Shown here piece after piece: positions 31,301 to 40,242 of a DNA stretch of 64,000 bases. The DNA lies in contig WFYR01000023.1 of NCBI GenBank assembly GCA_015489955.1, positions 3,175-67,174 of the forward strand. Direction: 5' to 3'. A program made the translations under genes and the position numbers. How positions within the stretch are numbered: position 1 is the stretch's first letter; each line of letters starts with the position of its first letter. Origin of the DNA: Mesoaciditoga sp. Lineage in GTDB: Bacteria; Thermotogota; Thermotogae; Mesoaciditogales; Mesoaciditogaceae. The notes beneath the pieces are model-generated. The model did no database searches, was not told the DNA's origin, and worked only from the letters and a program-made list of their open reading frames with translations.

Positions 31301-31622
31301 CGATTTTTTCTCCGGCAAATGTGCTTACAACAAACGGAAAATCGAACTTAACGATCGTTTGATTTGAAGTCGAGGAAATGGTGGCCTTTGCAGGACCCCA
31401 CTCTATATTGCGTTGAACATTAGCTGCGACGGTCCCATCGAAAGCGAAAACCGGTGAATTCCCAAGCACGCCTTTTAACGAATAAGAAGGAAACGAATCA
31501 AAAACCAGTTTGGCTTGAAAAAGGCCTTGTGTTGCAGAAAAAGACAAGCTTTCAAGCGTTGAAGCGAACACACCCGTAACAAATATACTCAAAATCAAAA
31601 TAAAAAAGAGGCTTTTTTTCAT
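28320..31622 (-). CDS. pilQ: Very long PilQ/GspD-type secretin
   Basis: Signal peptide; C-terminal secretin core (GIQLNITP, GQTLMIGGL, KIPFLGDLPFIGQFF). Confidence 0.88.
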   Translation of the reverse strand: MKKSLFFILILSIFVTGVFASTLESLSFSATQGLFQAKLVFDSFPSYSLKGVLGNSPVFAFDGTVAANVQRNIEWGPAKATISSTSNQTIVKFDFPFVVSTFAGEKIEKTGVHSVIVSFVTLGISQKLAISGAATKISIDFSGKKGSTLDLAIKYLARLLGRNLIIDPQVANQSVNVTLSKVTPAEAFYDILISLPGIGYAILPDGTYYIAPIDKLVENVGKLGVGTYNNIVSFYDLSTTNVSSKMFTSLVTNLFGSNRVIGYIGSYAIVKATAEQQKTIESLMNFLKEGMNFSTVAWANQKAEPDLQKLVTTMYPTVKFMYLPAFSTIVMTGNKTDLERAKNVVEKYEQILSESGPKVSVTFNVPNSNVPAFLQYSKAITAITAYGTPSSNSSNSVYIVTGPQKQVEAFERSVKLIASTLTTVETQPMHFNFATWTDNDSVKDLINMVEIMHPSVKAVYFPSFGQILFYGRNEKEVDECVDFVRNRRPLQTVSVKKSTITVNVSSKNLSTVNALLKNEFPTLFGTGTQVGTSESVPYVVSGPSTEVEKFVNSLKNSHLISGKTPSEKLTNKNETLFLKEVPWSNEKSANDMLELLKIKYQNLNAKYFKSLKEFAIYGLSSKAINSASEFILSHSKKSGNVKEKMGLNETKFVKIAGSDYETVKGVIKSKGLTFFGPSAPSTTSTVVLIGISGPASNVNNTIELLKTTGLVISNRSNKIYTVTTPSSPVQMVDIRNGMLSCDVKDYPLSTLIERVYNGFGKNVVFAVNALPNVSLKLSNISLEQFESAVENAYKLTFTGTSVVIVESSSAGITRVYMSSDDVNAVKNMASFVGGKVFVDEKRGMIVVSDLTPSAAKELDSMVKPLLSARKDVEIEAKIMDVSSSKNTQANFRSDFMTPQLIFDNGLTLHLKVIDLSNLPKFLTTFSDQMVSSNATVTGDFSKSTGSASVLSAPVVTTQSGEPANILIGSKYPYVVTTSVNGQQQQQLKFLDTGIQLNITPVILPDKKILLTVTIEVSDADWGHAVNGIPAVNTRSASMKVVVSNGQTLMIGGLVKHSRSENVTKIPFLGDLPFIGQFFRTTSFQDTSSNLDIFITAKVEG

Positions 31623-31638
31623 TTTTTCACCCTCCATG

Positions 31639-32160
31639 TCATTCGATTATCAATCCTTGAGAAGTAACCGTGTAAAGCTGACCATCAAAGATGTTCATTA
31701 TAACCGCACCTTCGTACGTTGGATCAAAATAGACAAGCACGTACTTTTGACCTCTCCACGAAAAATGTGTGTTTGATTTGTCAAAATCAAAGGTAATACA
31801 TTTTCCACTCACGATCAAAGTAACCATGTTAACTTCATCGGATTTCACTCCACTAAGGTATCTCAAATCCGGATTTACCTTGTAATTGACGTCAGATCTT
31901 TTCAACAATGAGACAAGATCTTCCTTGTTAAGTTTAATCGTTAATGGGGAAAACAAATCTTGCGTCACCTTTATACTTCTAACGTAATCGGTAGACACTT
32001 TTTTTGCCAGAGCACTTTCTATCCTGAAAGTTTGAGGGCGGACATTCACGTTAAAATTTCTTGATGGCGATTTTGGAAAGAACAGGGTATAACCTATCCA
32101 TCCAAAAATTGCTATTATGAGTAATAAAAGCAGCCAAACCACAATTTTTTTATTTTTCAT
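31639..32160 (-). CDS. Membrane-anchored pilus accessory protein at the PilP/PilW position
   Basis: Single N-terminal TM segment; lies between pilO-like and pilQ. Confidence 0.5.
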   Translation of the reverse strand: MKNKKIVVWLLLLLIIAIFGWIGYTLFFPKSPSRNFNVNVRPQTFRIESALAKKVSTDYVRSIKVTQDLFSPLTIKLNKEDLVSLLKRSDVNYKVNPDLRYLSGVKSDEVNMVTLIVSGKCITFDFDKSNTHFSWRGQKYVLVYFDPTYEGAVIMNIFDGQLYTVTSQGLIIE

Positions 32161-32162
32161 AC

Positions 32163-32633
32163 TCATCCACCGTAAACCTTTACGATCAATTTTTTCAAAG
32201 CAACCTTTTCTTTAAAAATTTCATTGTACGAAAAACCCGAATATCTCACAGGTATGAGGGACGAAAATGAAATATCTTCAACGCTAACATTCGTGTAATT
32301 CAAAAGTAAATCTAAAAGCCTGGATGGATCCACCCGTATATTTCCACTAAACGATATGGTATCACCCGAAACCTTAAAATTCGCATTAGGAACTAAAACT
32401 TTTAGCTTTTCTTCCAATGCATTCTTCGATATGGTGACAGCATTTATCTTTTTTGAATAAAGAAGCAATTGTTGCTGCATTCTGAAATTTTGAGAATACA
32501 ATGTATCAAATTTCTGGATGGAATGTATTATCTTTTCAAGCTTTCCAGACTGAACAAAAAGCATCGTGGCATCGAAAATTACCATAAAGGCAAGAGAAAG
32601 AATTATGAGAACCACAGCAACTTTCCTGCTCAT
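32163..32633 (-). CDS. PilO-like alignment protein
   Basis: N-terminal TM plus coiled coil; position in the pilMNOPQ order. Confidence 0.55.
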   Translation of the reverse strand: MSRKVAVVLIILSLAFMVIFDATMLFVQSGKLEKIIHSIQKFDTLYSQNFRMQQQLLLYSKKINAVTISKNALEEKLKVLVPNANFKVSGDTISFSGNIRVDPSRLLDLLLNYTNVSVEDISFSSLIPVRYSGFSYNEIFKEKVALKKLIVKVYGG

Positions 32634-33205
32634 TTTTTACTCCCAAGATAGAATTTTACATTTACAGTTTTATACCACTTAGAAGTTCCGTTTTTCACTT
32701 CTTGCAAGTCCAAACCAAGTTCCTTAAAGTATTTTTCTTCTTCTTTAAAAGCGCCACTATTTTCCAGTGAAAACTGTTCCATTTCAAGCTTGCTTGCAGA
32801 TTTTGTGGAGTATTCAAGTTGAGAAATGGAAACTTGTCCTTTCATCTTTTTAAGGACGTCTTGAATTGAGCAAAACGTGAAATGAAAATCGTTGACATTT
32901 TGAAGGGTATCTTTCATGTAAGAAAGGGTTCTCGCTTTCGAATTTAAAAGAGTGCTATACCTTTCAATCTGATTGTCAATTCTCCTTTGAATTTCATCTT
33001 TTGAAAGACTCGAAAAAGATGAAATTCCAATGGCACTCAAAAGTTTTTGATCGCTTGAAAGGGACGAAGCGTATATTCTATCTATCATTTTCGCGCTTAC
33101 CACGTAAAAAGAAAAGCCTGCGGCGAAAATTATACCAACAACAATAAGAAATTTAAGAAGTTTTACTCTTCGAACCTTTTTTCTGTAAAAATTTATTCTT
33201 GGTAT
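32630..33205 (-). CDS. PilN-like alignment protein; ATA start
   Basis: Upstream extension (M)PRINFYRKKVRR plus TM segment resembles the PilN INLLP motif; in-frame TGA three codons upstream of the ATA. Confidence 0.7.
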   Translation of the reverse strand: MPRINFYRKKVRRVKLLKFLIVVGIIFAAGFSFYVVSAKMIDRIYASSLSSDQKLLSAIGISSFSSLSKDEIQRRIDNQIERYSTLLNSKARTLSYMKDTLQNVNDFHFTFCSIQDVLKKMKGQVSISQLEYSTKSASKLEMEQFSLENSGAFKEEEKYFKELGLDLQEVKNGTSKWYKTVNVKFYLGSKK

Positions 33206-34133
33206 TCTCCCTCACCCCTCTCATTGCCAAACTGTAAGCTGCAAGTGGAAGATTAGAATTTTCTACAATCACTTTGTCATACGGAAGAACATTTTTTGCT
33301 AAGTTTAAATTGTTAACACTTTTTTCCCAAATGTGAACGTTTTTCATAAATTCAGATACGTAAATCAAATTCTCCACGACAACCTCAGCCATGGAATACC
33401 TTGAAAGCATCATTCTCGCCATGTTTTGGATCTCATTGTTTAAATCCGTGTAATGTGATAGGATCATGTCTTCATCCAATTCTTCAAGACCTTCTGATCC
33501 GGTAGGAATGCTGTCTATACCAATTAACCAATCGTTTTTAAAGAGCTCAACGTACGTTGACGAAATGTCTTCAACAACCACAAAAGAAACACCTTTAAAA
33601 AATTTATCCCTTACAAGGTAATTGTACTTGAAATATCCAGCATCCAAAATATCTGGAAATGGAAGGCCGGCTTTGAATAAAAGCCCGTTAAACGTCGAAA
33701 TGTCTTCCACTTTAACTACAAAAGAAGAAACATCCAAAGCGGCCATACCTTTTTGTCTAACTTCCACTTCAACGTTTATTTCGTCAGGAGATATAGAAAG
33801 TTCTTTTACTATTTGAAATTTCGCAGCGTTTGCAGCTTGATCCCGAGGCATTATCGGTAACTCCAATTTTCTAAAAAGGATCCTATCTGGAAAAAGCGCT
33901 GTGGTTATATGATCCTCTATGTTAATGTTCAAAGCCATCTTTATTTTTCCCAAGGCAACGGCTATTTCACTTTCGTCCGCTATAACTTCTCCATCAAATG
34001 CCTTGTTAGCGTAAGGAACTGTGAGGACACCAACGGTTTCAATTTTCTTTCCGCTCTTCTTCAATTTTACGCCTTCCGCTTTATACCTTCCCACATCGAG
34101 TCCAACGTAGTAGTCTCCAAAAAATATTCCCAT
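33153..34133 (-). CDS. pilM: PilM actin-like pilus assembly protein
   Basis: VGLDVG..GVKLKK N-terminus, FRKLELP, AYSLAMRG C-terminus. Confidence 0.8.
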   Translation of the reverse strand: MGIFFGDYYVGLDVGRYKAEGVKLKKSGKKIETVGVLTVPYANKAFDGEVIADESEIAVALGKIKMALNINIEDHITTALFPDRILFRKLELPIMPRDQAANAAKFQIVKELSISPDEINVEVEVRQKGMAALDVSSFVVKVEDISTFNGLLFKAGLPFPDILDAGYFKYNYLVRDKFFKGVSFVVVEDISSTYVELFKNDWLIGIDSIPTGSEGLEELDEDMILSHYTDLNNEIQNMARMMLSRYSMAEVVVENLIYVSEFMKNVHIWEKSVNNLNLAKNVLPYDKVIVENSNLPLAAYSLAMRGVRENTKNKFLQKKGSKSKTS

Positions 34134-34137
34134 TTTC

Positions 34138-34566
34138 TCACTTCCAAACTATTTTCAAAAACCCCGTTACGGGTTGAATACTCACACGAACTTTTTCATC
34201 TTTAATTGAAAGAAAAAATTCTCCTCCGCCACCCTGTTTTGAACTTCCAGAAGGACTAACAGGAATACCGTTGGAAAAGGCAAAAACCTTGCTTTTGAAT
34301 TTCGCAACTTCCACCTTTCTCCTTTTTAAAATTCTGCTTCCGACTTTCACATACATTTCCCCATTTCTAAGGTAAAAAACGCTTTTTACCTTTTTCAATA
34401 ACGATATTTGCCTTGCGTACTTGATAAGATGCTCAACATTTTTAACGTCAAGCATAAACATCATTTTTTCGCTGAATTTCCAGAGCACAATTGTTAAAAT
34501 CGAAAAGAATATAGCAAGCAAAACGATGTACACCATCAATTCTGTTAAAGAATATCCGCTTTTCAT
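34138..34566 (-). CDS. Minor pilin / pseudopilin
   Basis: Class III signal MKSG|YSLTELMV followed by a hydrophobic helix. Confidence 0.85.
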   Translation of the reverse strand: MKSGYSLTELMVYIVLLAIFFSILTIVLWKFSEKMMFMLDVKNVEHLIKYARQISLLKKVKSVFYLRNGEMYVKVGSRILKRRKVEVAKFKSKVFAFSNGIPVSPSGSSKQGGGGEFFLSIKDEKVRVSIQPVTGFLKIVWK

Positions 34567-35765
34567 TTTCTAAATTGACCTGCACCGTTTTCAAGACTGA
34601 ACATAGTTTGATAAAGACTGTAAGTTAAAAAGCCAACCGCTATCCCTATAAAACCTATCATCGCGGGTTCCACCATAGACACTATTTGTTTGAGCTTAAC
34701 TGATACTTCTTCGTCGTAAAAATCGGCAACTTTGTTTAACATTTCATCCACTCGGCCGGTTTCTTCACCTGTTCCAACCATTTCGACAAGCAATTGAGGA
34801 AAGTATTTACTTTTTTGCATTGCTTCTTTAAGAGTTCCTCCATTTCTCAACGTATCAACCATTTGGGGAACCGTTTTTATCAAAGCGTGATCTGACGTCG
34901 AATTTGCTGCCATTTTTACGGCATCCATTATGGAAACACCACTGGATATCAACGTGGCAAGAGTTTTACTGAAACTCGAAGCCGTTTCCAATTTTCTCAA
35001 TTTTTTTATTGGTGGGAATAAAGACAAAACAAAGGCTTTTGTGGCAACTCCATAAGGTGTTCTCATAAAATAATATCCGCCAACTGTGGAAACTATCAGA
35101 AAAATAATAACACTTAACCAATGATGAACCATGTAATTGTTACCATTCATTAGCAAGGCCACTATTCCTGTTGGTTTCACATTACCAAACGCTCTGAATA
35201 GATTCGGTAAAATGAAAAGGCTTATGACCATCAAAATCAAAATGGCAAAGATTGAAACAAAAAGTGGATAAGCCATCGCTGAACGAATTTGATCCTTGAT
35301 TCTTTTGCTATCTTCGTAGAATTTCGAAAGCTTCAGGAGGGCTTCGTCTAACACTCCCCCACTTTCTCCCGCTTGCATTAAATTGACAAGTACAGGATCG
35401 AATATTCCCGCCTCGTCAAACGCTTCAGCAAGCGACATCCCTCCGTCTATTGAAACGAGTATATTTTCTAGTACTTTTCTGAAAGGCTTGGTAAAAGCTT
35501 CCTGACGTGATAATATTTGCAAAGCGTCTTTTATTCTAACGCCAGCGTTTATCATTGTGGAGAATTGACGTGTGAAAAGAACCAGATCCCCCAATTTTGC
35601 CCTTAATCTTACACCTTTCTTCTTCGTTTTAACGGCTTGAACGCTTAGAATGACGTATCCTTCCTGAGACAACCTGTTGACAAGGCTTACTTCGTTTGGG
35701 GCATCTAACCTTCCCTTGACGGTTTTTCCATTAGGGTTTACCGCATCAAATATGAATGTGGGCAT
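34563..35765 (-). CDS. pilC: PilC/GspF platform protein
   Basis: FTRQFSTMINAG, AGESGG.L, AMAYP, GEETG, EP. Confidence 0.92.
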   Translation of the reverse strand: MPTFIFDAVNPNGKTVKGRLDAPNEVSLVNRLSQEGYVILSVQAVKTKKKGVRLRAKLGDLVLFTRQFSTMINAGVRIKDALQILSRQEAFTKPFRKVLENILVSIDGGMSLAEAFDEAGIFDPVLVNLMQAGESGGVLDEALLKLSKFYEDSKRIKDQIRSAMAYPLFVSIFAILILMVISLFILPNLFRAFGNVKPTGIVALLMNGNNYMVHHWLSVIIFLIVSTVGGYYFMRTPYGVATKAFVLSLFPPIKKLRKLETASSFSKTLATLISSGVSIMDAVKMAANSTSDHALIKTVPQMVDTLRNGGTLKEAMQKSKYFPQLLVEMVGTGEETGRVDEMLNKVADFYDEEVSVKLKQIVSMVEPAMIGFIGIAVGFLTYSLYQTMFSLENGAGQFRK

Positions 35766-35816
35766 TCTATACCTCACCTTATGAATTCGAAAAGAATTAT
35801 ATCATAAACAAAATAA

Positions 35817-35843
35817 AAGCGAGAAGAAAATTTCTTCTCGCTT
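35817..35843 (-). terminator. Terminator of the tRNA operon
   Basis: AAGCGAGAAGAAA/TTTCTTCTCGCTT inverted repeat followed by a T tract on the minus strand. Confidence 0.8.
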
Positions 35844-35845
35844 CA

Positions 35846-35921
35846 TGGTGCCGAGGCCTGGAGTCGAACCAGGGACACGAGGATTTTCAGTCCACTGCTC
35901 TACCACCTGAGCTACCTCGGC
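35846..35921 (-). tRNA. tRNA-Phe(GAA)
   Basis: Cloverleaf, CT-GAA-AA loop, encoded CCA. Confidence 0.95.
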
Positions 35922-35923
35922 AT

Positions 35924-36000
35924 TGGCGGGGACGACGAGGCTCGAACTCGCGACCACCGGTGTGACAGACCGGCATGCTAACCAACTGCACCACGTCCCC
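35924..36000 (-). tRNA. tRNA-Asp(GTC)
   Basis: Cloverleaf, CT-GTC-AC loop, G73, CCA. Confidence 0.95.
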
Positions 36001-36010
36001 ACTCTTTTGG

Positions 36011-36085
36011 TGGTGGGAACAGCAGGGTTTGAACCTGCGACCTCCTGCTTGTAAGGCAGGCGCTCTCCCGCTGAGCTATGTCCCC
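36011..36085 (-). tRNA. tRNA-Val(TAC)
   Basis: Cloverleaf, CT-TAC-AA loop, CCA followed by a second CCA. Confidence 0.95.
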
Positions 36086-36091
36086 AATCCT

Positions 36092-36167
36092 TGGCGCCCT
36101 CATGGGGATTCGAACCCCAGCCGCCGGCGTGAAAGGCCGGTGTCCTAGACCGCTAGACGATGAGGGC
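36092..36167 (-). tRNA. tRNA-Glu(TTC)
   Basis: Cloverleaf, CT-TTC-AC loop, CCA. Confidence 0.95.
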
Positions 36168-36191
36168 AACATCACGCGTTCAGACAAGCAT

Positions 36192-36221
36192 ATCTTACCT
36201 TAAATATGCCTCGCTTGTCAA
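36192..36221 (-). promoter_or_regulatory. Promoter of the tRNA operon
   Basis: TTGACA-18 nt-TAAGAT. Confidence 0.65.
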
Positions 36222-36410
36222 GCCCATTTTTATTTCTTTTAGTTTTAAGCTTTCTTTTCAAAGATCGCCTTTATTTTCGCATATGTTAATTCATGAAAAA
36301 AAACGAAGAAAAAAACTTTTCAATTGGGTTCTTAGGATTCATAAGTGGTATAATCTCTAAATGCGAATAGCTATTAACACCGAGATTAAAGTACAGAAAG
36401 GAGGAGAGCC

Positions 36411-36740
36411 ATGGGAATAGAAATAGAAGATGTCATAAAGGAACTCGTGTCCTCCGAAAAAGAATCGAGAGATATAGTTCAGGAAGCTCAGCAAAAAAGT
36501 CAGCGAATGATAAAGGAAGCAATAAAAAAGGGAGAAGCTTTAGTTGAATCGAAAACGTCAGAGGCAAATGAAATTGCCAGAAAGATGATGAAAGAAGCTC
36601 AAGAGAAAATGAGAATGGCCGATGAAAAGCTCTTAAACGAAACTCGTCAAAAAGTTATGAAAATGAGAGAGAGTTATCTTAATTCAAAAGATGAAATAAT
36701 AAGAGCATTTATCTCCGACTTTCTGGGAGTGAGCAAATAA
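36411..36740 (+). CDS. V/A-type ATPase peripheral stalk subunit G/H
   Basis: Charged coiled-coil protein, first gene of the operon. Confidence 0.7.
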   Translation: MGIEIEDVIKELVSSEKESRDIVQEAQQKSQRMIKEAIKKGEALVESKTSEANEIARKMMKEAQEKMRMADEKLLNETRQKVMKMRESYLNSKDEIIRAFISDFLGVSK

Positions 36741-37825
36741 TGTCAAGCCTGTTGACATACGCGGGAGTGCACGCAAAAATTGCAGGAATGACAAGTCGCT
36801 TGTTAAAGAAAGAAGATTACGAAGGGTTGATGGGAAAAAAGAGCGTTCCTGAAATAACGGCTTACTTGAAAGAAACCAGTATGTATTCAAAAGTTTTAGA
36901 AGATGCCAATCCAGAAGAGTTACACAGGCGAGATTTAGAAATGAGGCTGAAAAGAGATCTTGTAGAAGATATAAAAAAAATATTCGCTTTTTTCGTGAAT
37001 TCGAATCGTCAATTTACTTATTACATAATGAGAAGGTATGAAGTAGAGAATCTAAAGTTGGCATTGAGAAATGCACTGGTCGAAAGAGAATCGAAAAAGA
37101 ATCTGGAGGAATTGAAAGGAAAGTTTTACGATTTAGGTAAAAAGGCGCTAATAGATCCAATGAAGGTGGCGGCTTGCACTAATGAAGACGAGATACTCAC
37201 TTCTTTGGAGGGAACACCTTACCATGAAGTGATAAGAAATGTTTTTGCCAGCTATCAGGAAAAATCAAAAAACGTTATAGGAAAAATAGAAAATGGATTG
37301 GATAGATGGTTGTTCTTTGGATTTATGAAAGCTGCGAGAGGATTGAATTACGATGACTACCTAGTGGTTAAAACGATTATAGGAGAGAGAATAGATCTTG
37401 TAAATTTAGAATGGATAATAAGGGTTAAGAATTTTTACTCAATGGGAAATGAAGAACTGTATAATTCTTTAATTCCAATTGGCTTTAGATTGAACTCAAC
37501 TTATTCTCACAGTCTATGCGATGCAAAAGAAATGAAGGGGCTTCTAAACATTATTTTGGACGGTCCATACGGATTTTTGTTAAGGGAAATTTCTGAAAAA
37601 TTGGAAGATATAACACCAGAAATGATTACGCTGAAAATGAAGAAGTATTTGTATCAAAAGTCAAATGATGCCATTTCAACATGGGGAGGGTTTTCAATAG
37701 CGCCTTTTCTCCATTACCTGTTCTTAAAGGAATACGAGATATTAGATGTTACAACCATAATAGAAGGCATAAGATACAGCTTGGAGGCCGACGAAATAAA
37801 GAAACATTTGATTACATGGTCGTAA
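36740..37825 (+). CDS. V/A-type ATPase subunit C (d)
   Basis: YAGVHAKIAGM.SRLL, YEVENLK, KEYEI..IIEGIRY. Confidence 0.88.
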   Translation: MSSLLTYAGVHAKIAGMTSRLLKKEDYEGLMGKKSVPEITAYLKETSMYSKVLEDANPEELHRRDLEMRLKRDLVEDIKKIFAFFVNSNRQFTYYIMRRYEVENLKLALRNALVERESKKNLEELKGKFYDLGKKALIDPMKVAACTNEDEILTSLEGTPYHEVIRNVFASYQEKSKNVIGKIENGLDRWLFFGFMKAARGLNYDDYLVVKTIIGERIDLVNLEWIIRVKNFYSMGNEELYNSLIPIGFRLNSTYSHSLCDAKEMKGLLNIILDGPYGFLLREISEKLEDITPEMITLKMKKYLYQKSNDAISTWGGFSIAPFLHYLFLKEYEILDVTTIIEGIRYSLEADEIKKHLITWS

Positions 37826-37843
37826 GCGTGATGAGGTGATAAT

Positions 37844-39778
37844 ATGGCCGTAGCGAAGATGAAAAACGTTGTGCTTGCCTTCCCAAAGGAAGACATGAAA
37901 GATGTTAACTTTGGATTGCTAGAGTCCAAGGCTTTTGAGCCATTAGATTTAAAATTACTGGTTAATGAAGAAGTTAAAAATGATCTTTTACAAATTGAAA
38001 GTGATAATCCCTATCAGCCACTCTATTCTGAGATGATGCAATTTTTAAAGATGACGGAGTACACTCCCATCTTCGATGAAAATAAGATCAAAGAGAGATT
38101 AGACATTCAAAAAACCTTGAAAAGGTTCTCTTTGCTTAACGCCAGCATAAAAAAGGCTTTTGAAAAGAAAACGGAACTTTCAAAGAAAATTCAGGACTAC
38201 GAAAAAGCTTTGTTTTACATTAACATCTTGGCTGGTTTAAATGTTGAGCTTGAAAATTTGGCTGAAATAAAAAGAATAAAAATATTCTTTGGAAGAGTGC
38301 CAGTCAGGCACTACGAAGCTTTGGTGGAATCGTCTCTTAATGTTCCTATCCTTATATTGGAAGCCAATAGAGACAATGACAATTCGTGGATATTTGTCTT
38401 TACAACACCAGATTTTTTGGAAGAAGCGCAAAAAATACTCCAATCGGCGTACTTTGAAGAAGACAAATTACCTGTAGATTTTCATGGAACGCCAAAGGAA
38501 ATTAAAAAAAGGATAGAATCTCTCATACAAATAACAAGAATTTCCATAGAAGAAAACGATAGCATTGTGAAAAAGGTTCTCTACGCAAGCAAAGAATTCA
38601 TAGACGATGTTTATTCTACAGTTATTTCCAACAAAAGAATATACGATCTGGCGAGGTTTAATTCTTCTACGCCACAAGAAAACGTTCATTTTTTAAGTGG
38701 TTGGATGCCGGCGAAAGACGCTCAAAAAATAGACAATGAGCTTAAAGACAAAGCTTTGATCTTGAAAAATGAACCACGGGAAGTGCTTAAAAAGAATCCT
38801 CATCTTGAAGTTCCTGTCAAACTTGTAAATAGAGGCGGATTGATAAGGTCTTTTGAGTTCATAACACAAATGTTTGGGACTCCTCGTTACGGTGAAATAG
38901 ATCCAACACCGTTTATAACCGCATTTTTCATATTCATGTATGGTTTTATGTTAGGAGACGTGGGGCATGGTTTGGCACTCTTTCTGTTTGGATACCTTTT
39001 ATACAAAAAAGGATCTGGAAAATTTGGCGTGGTAATGATGAGTTCAGCCTTATCGTCCGTGTTTTTTGGCTTTATGTACGGTTCTGTCTTTGGCTTTGAC
39101 TGGATACCGCCCTTATGGCTAAAACCTACTCTTCAAATAAACCAACTGCTGGTGATATCTGTGTATTACGGTATTGGAATGTTGATATTTGGTATGATCT
39201 TAAACATTGTAAATGGATTTCTTCAAAGAGATATGGAAAAGGCGCTTTTCAGTGCCGAAGGCATAGCTGGACTGGTTTTTTACGTTCCATCTATTTACCT
39301 GGTATCTCTGTATTTCATGAAAAAGCCCATCCCTCTTTCACCAATATTCTGGGAAGTGATATTGGGAGCGGCTTTTGGAGCCATGTTTTTCAAAAAACCT
39401 CTGGCTCAGATTGTTACACATCAAAAGGTTTCTTTGCCTGAAGGTTTTTGGGTTGAAATGGGATTTGGAATGTTTGAAACTCTAATTTCGTATTTAAGTA
39501 ACGCCATCTCTTTCGTAAGACTTGCGGCGTTTGCCTTAACGCACGAAGCTTTGTTTATGGCATTTTGGGTACTAACGTTAATGGTGTTACCAACTCCAGG
39601 CGGTGGAATTTGGGCAACAACTGTGTTCATACTTGGACAGCTTATGTTGGTTGGACTTGAAGGCTTAGTTGTCTTCATCCAGGACTTGAGGCTCATCTAT
39701 TATGAATTCTTCACGAAGTTTTTTGAAGCAAGTGGAAAAGATTTCCATCCATTCACATTTATGGAGGGAGAAAAATGA
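37844..39778 (+). CDS. V/A-type ATPase subunit I (a)
   Basis: P.YGEIDPT, GFMLGDVGHG, SFVRLAA with the conserved Arg, LRLIYYEFF. Confidence 0.95.
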   Translation: MAVAKMKNVVLAFPKEDMKDVNFGLLESKAFEPLDLKLLVNEEVKNDLLQIESDNPYQPLYSEMMQFLKMTEYTPIFDENKIKERLDIQKTLKRFSLLNASIKKAFEKKTELSKKIQDYEKALFYINILAGLNVELENLAEIKRIKIFFGRVPVRHYEALVESSLNVPILILEANRDNDNSWIFVFTTPDFLEEAQKILQSAYFEEDKLPVDFHGTPKEIKKRIESLIQITRISIEENDSIVKKVLYASKEFIDDVYSTVISNKRIYDLARFNSSTPQENVHFLSGWMPAKDAQKIDNELKDKALILKNEPREVLKKNPHLEVPVKLVNRGGLIRSFEFITQMFGTPRYGEIDPTPFITAFFIFMYGFMLGDVGHGLALFLFGYLLYKKGSGKFGVVMMSSALSSVFFGFMYGSVFGFDWIPPLWLKPTLQINQLLVISVYYGIGMLIFGMILNIVNGFLQRDMEKALFSAEGIAGLVFYVPSIYLVSLYFMKKPIPLSPIFWEVILGAAFGAMFFKKPLAQIVTHQKVSLPEGFWVEMGFGMFETLISYLSNAISFVRLAAFALTHEALFMAFWVLTLMVLPTPGGGIWATTVFILGQLMLVGLEGLVVFIQDLRLIYYEFFTKFFEASGKDFHPFTFMEGEK

Positions 39779-40227
39779 CTGTATTACAATTCGTTGTGAT
39801 TATAATTTTTAGCATGTTTGCAATCTCTTTTGTAGCGCTAAGAGGCATTCCATTTAGGAAAAAGAAAGAGAATTCTTCTGCAAAAACCTTTAGTTATGCG
39901 GCATTAGGCGGGAACATAGTCATAGGAATGACTGTTTTGGCGCTCTTTTTAAGCCCGGATAAAGCCATGGCTCAAATAGCTCACGCCAACATATTTTCTT
40001 CCAAGGAGCTCCTTTCAGCAGGGCTGGGTTATATAGGAGCGGGGTTGGCAACCGGTCTGGCCTCTGTCGGAGCAGGCTGGGGAACGGGCATAGTTGGAAG
40101 CACATCCATAAAAGTTGGAAACATAAATCCAAGAATGCTAGGTAAATCCATGATTTACGCTGGCTTAGCAAATGGAGTGGCAACTTACGGTCTTATAGTT
40201 TCAATTCTAATAATGAGTAGAATTTGA
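39775..40227 (+). CDS. V/A-type ATPase subunit K (c) paralog lacking the essential Glu
   Basis: Gly-rich hairpin homologous to the next gene; LANGVATY in place of LAEGVAIY. Confidence 0.85.
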   Translation: MTVLQFVVIIIFSMFAISFVALRGIPFRKKKENSSAKTFSYAALGGNIVIGMTVLALFLSPDKAMAQIAHANIFSSKELLSAGLGYIGAGLATGLASVGAGWGTGIVGSTSIKVGNINPRMLGKSMIYAGLANGVATYGLIVSILIMSRI

Positions 40228-40242
40228 AAGGAGGAAAGGAAA

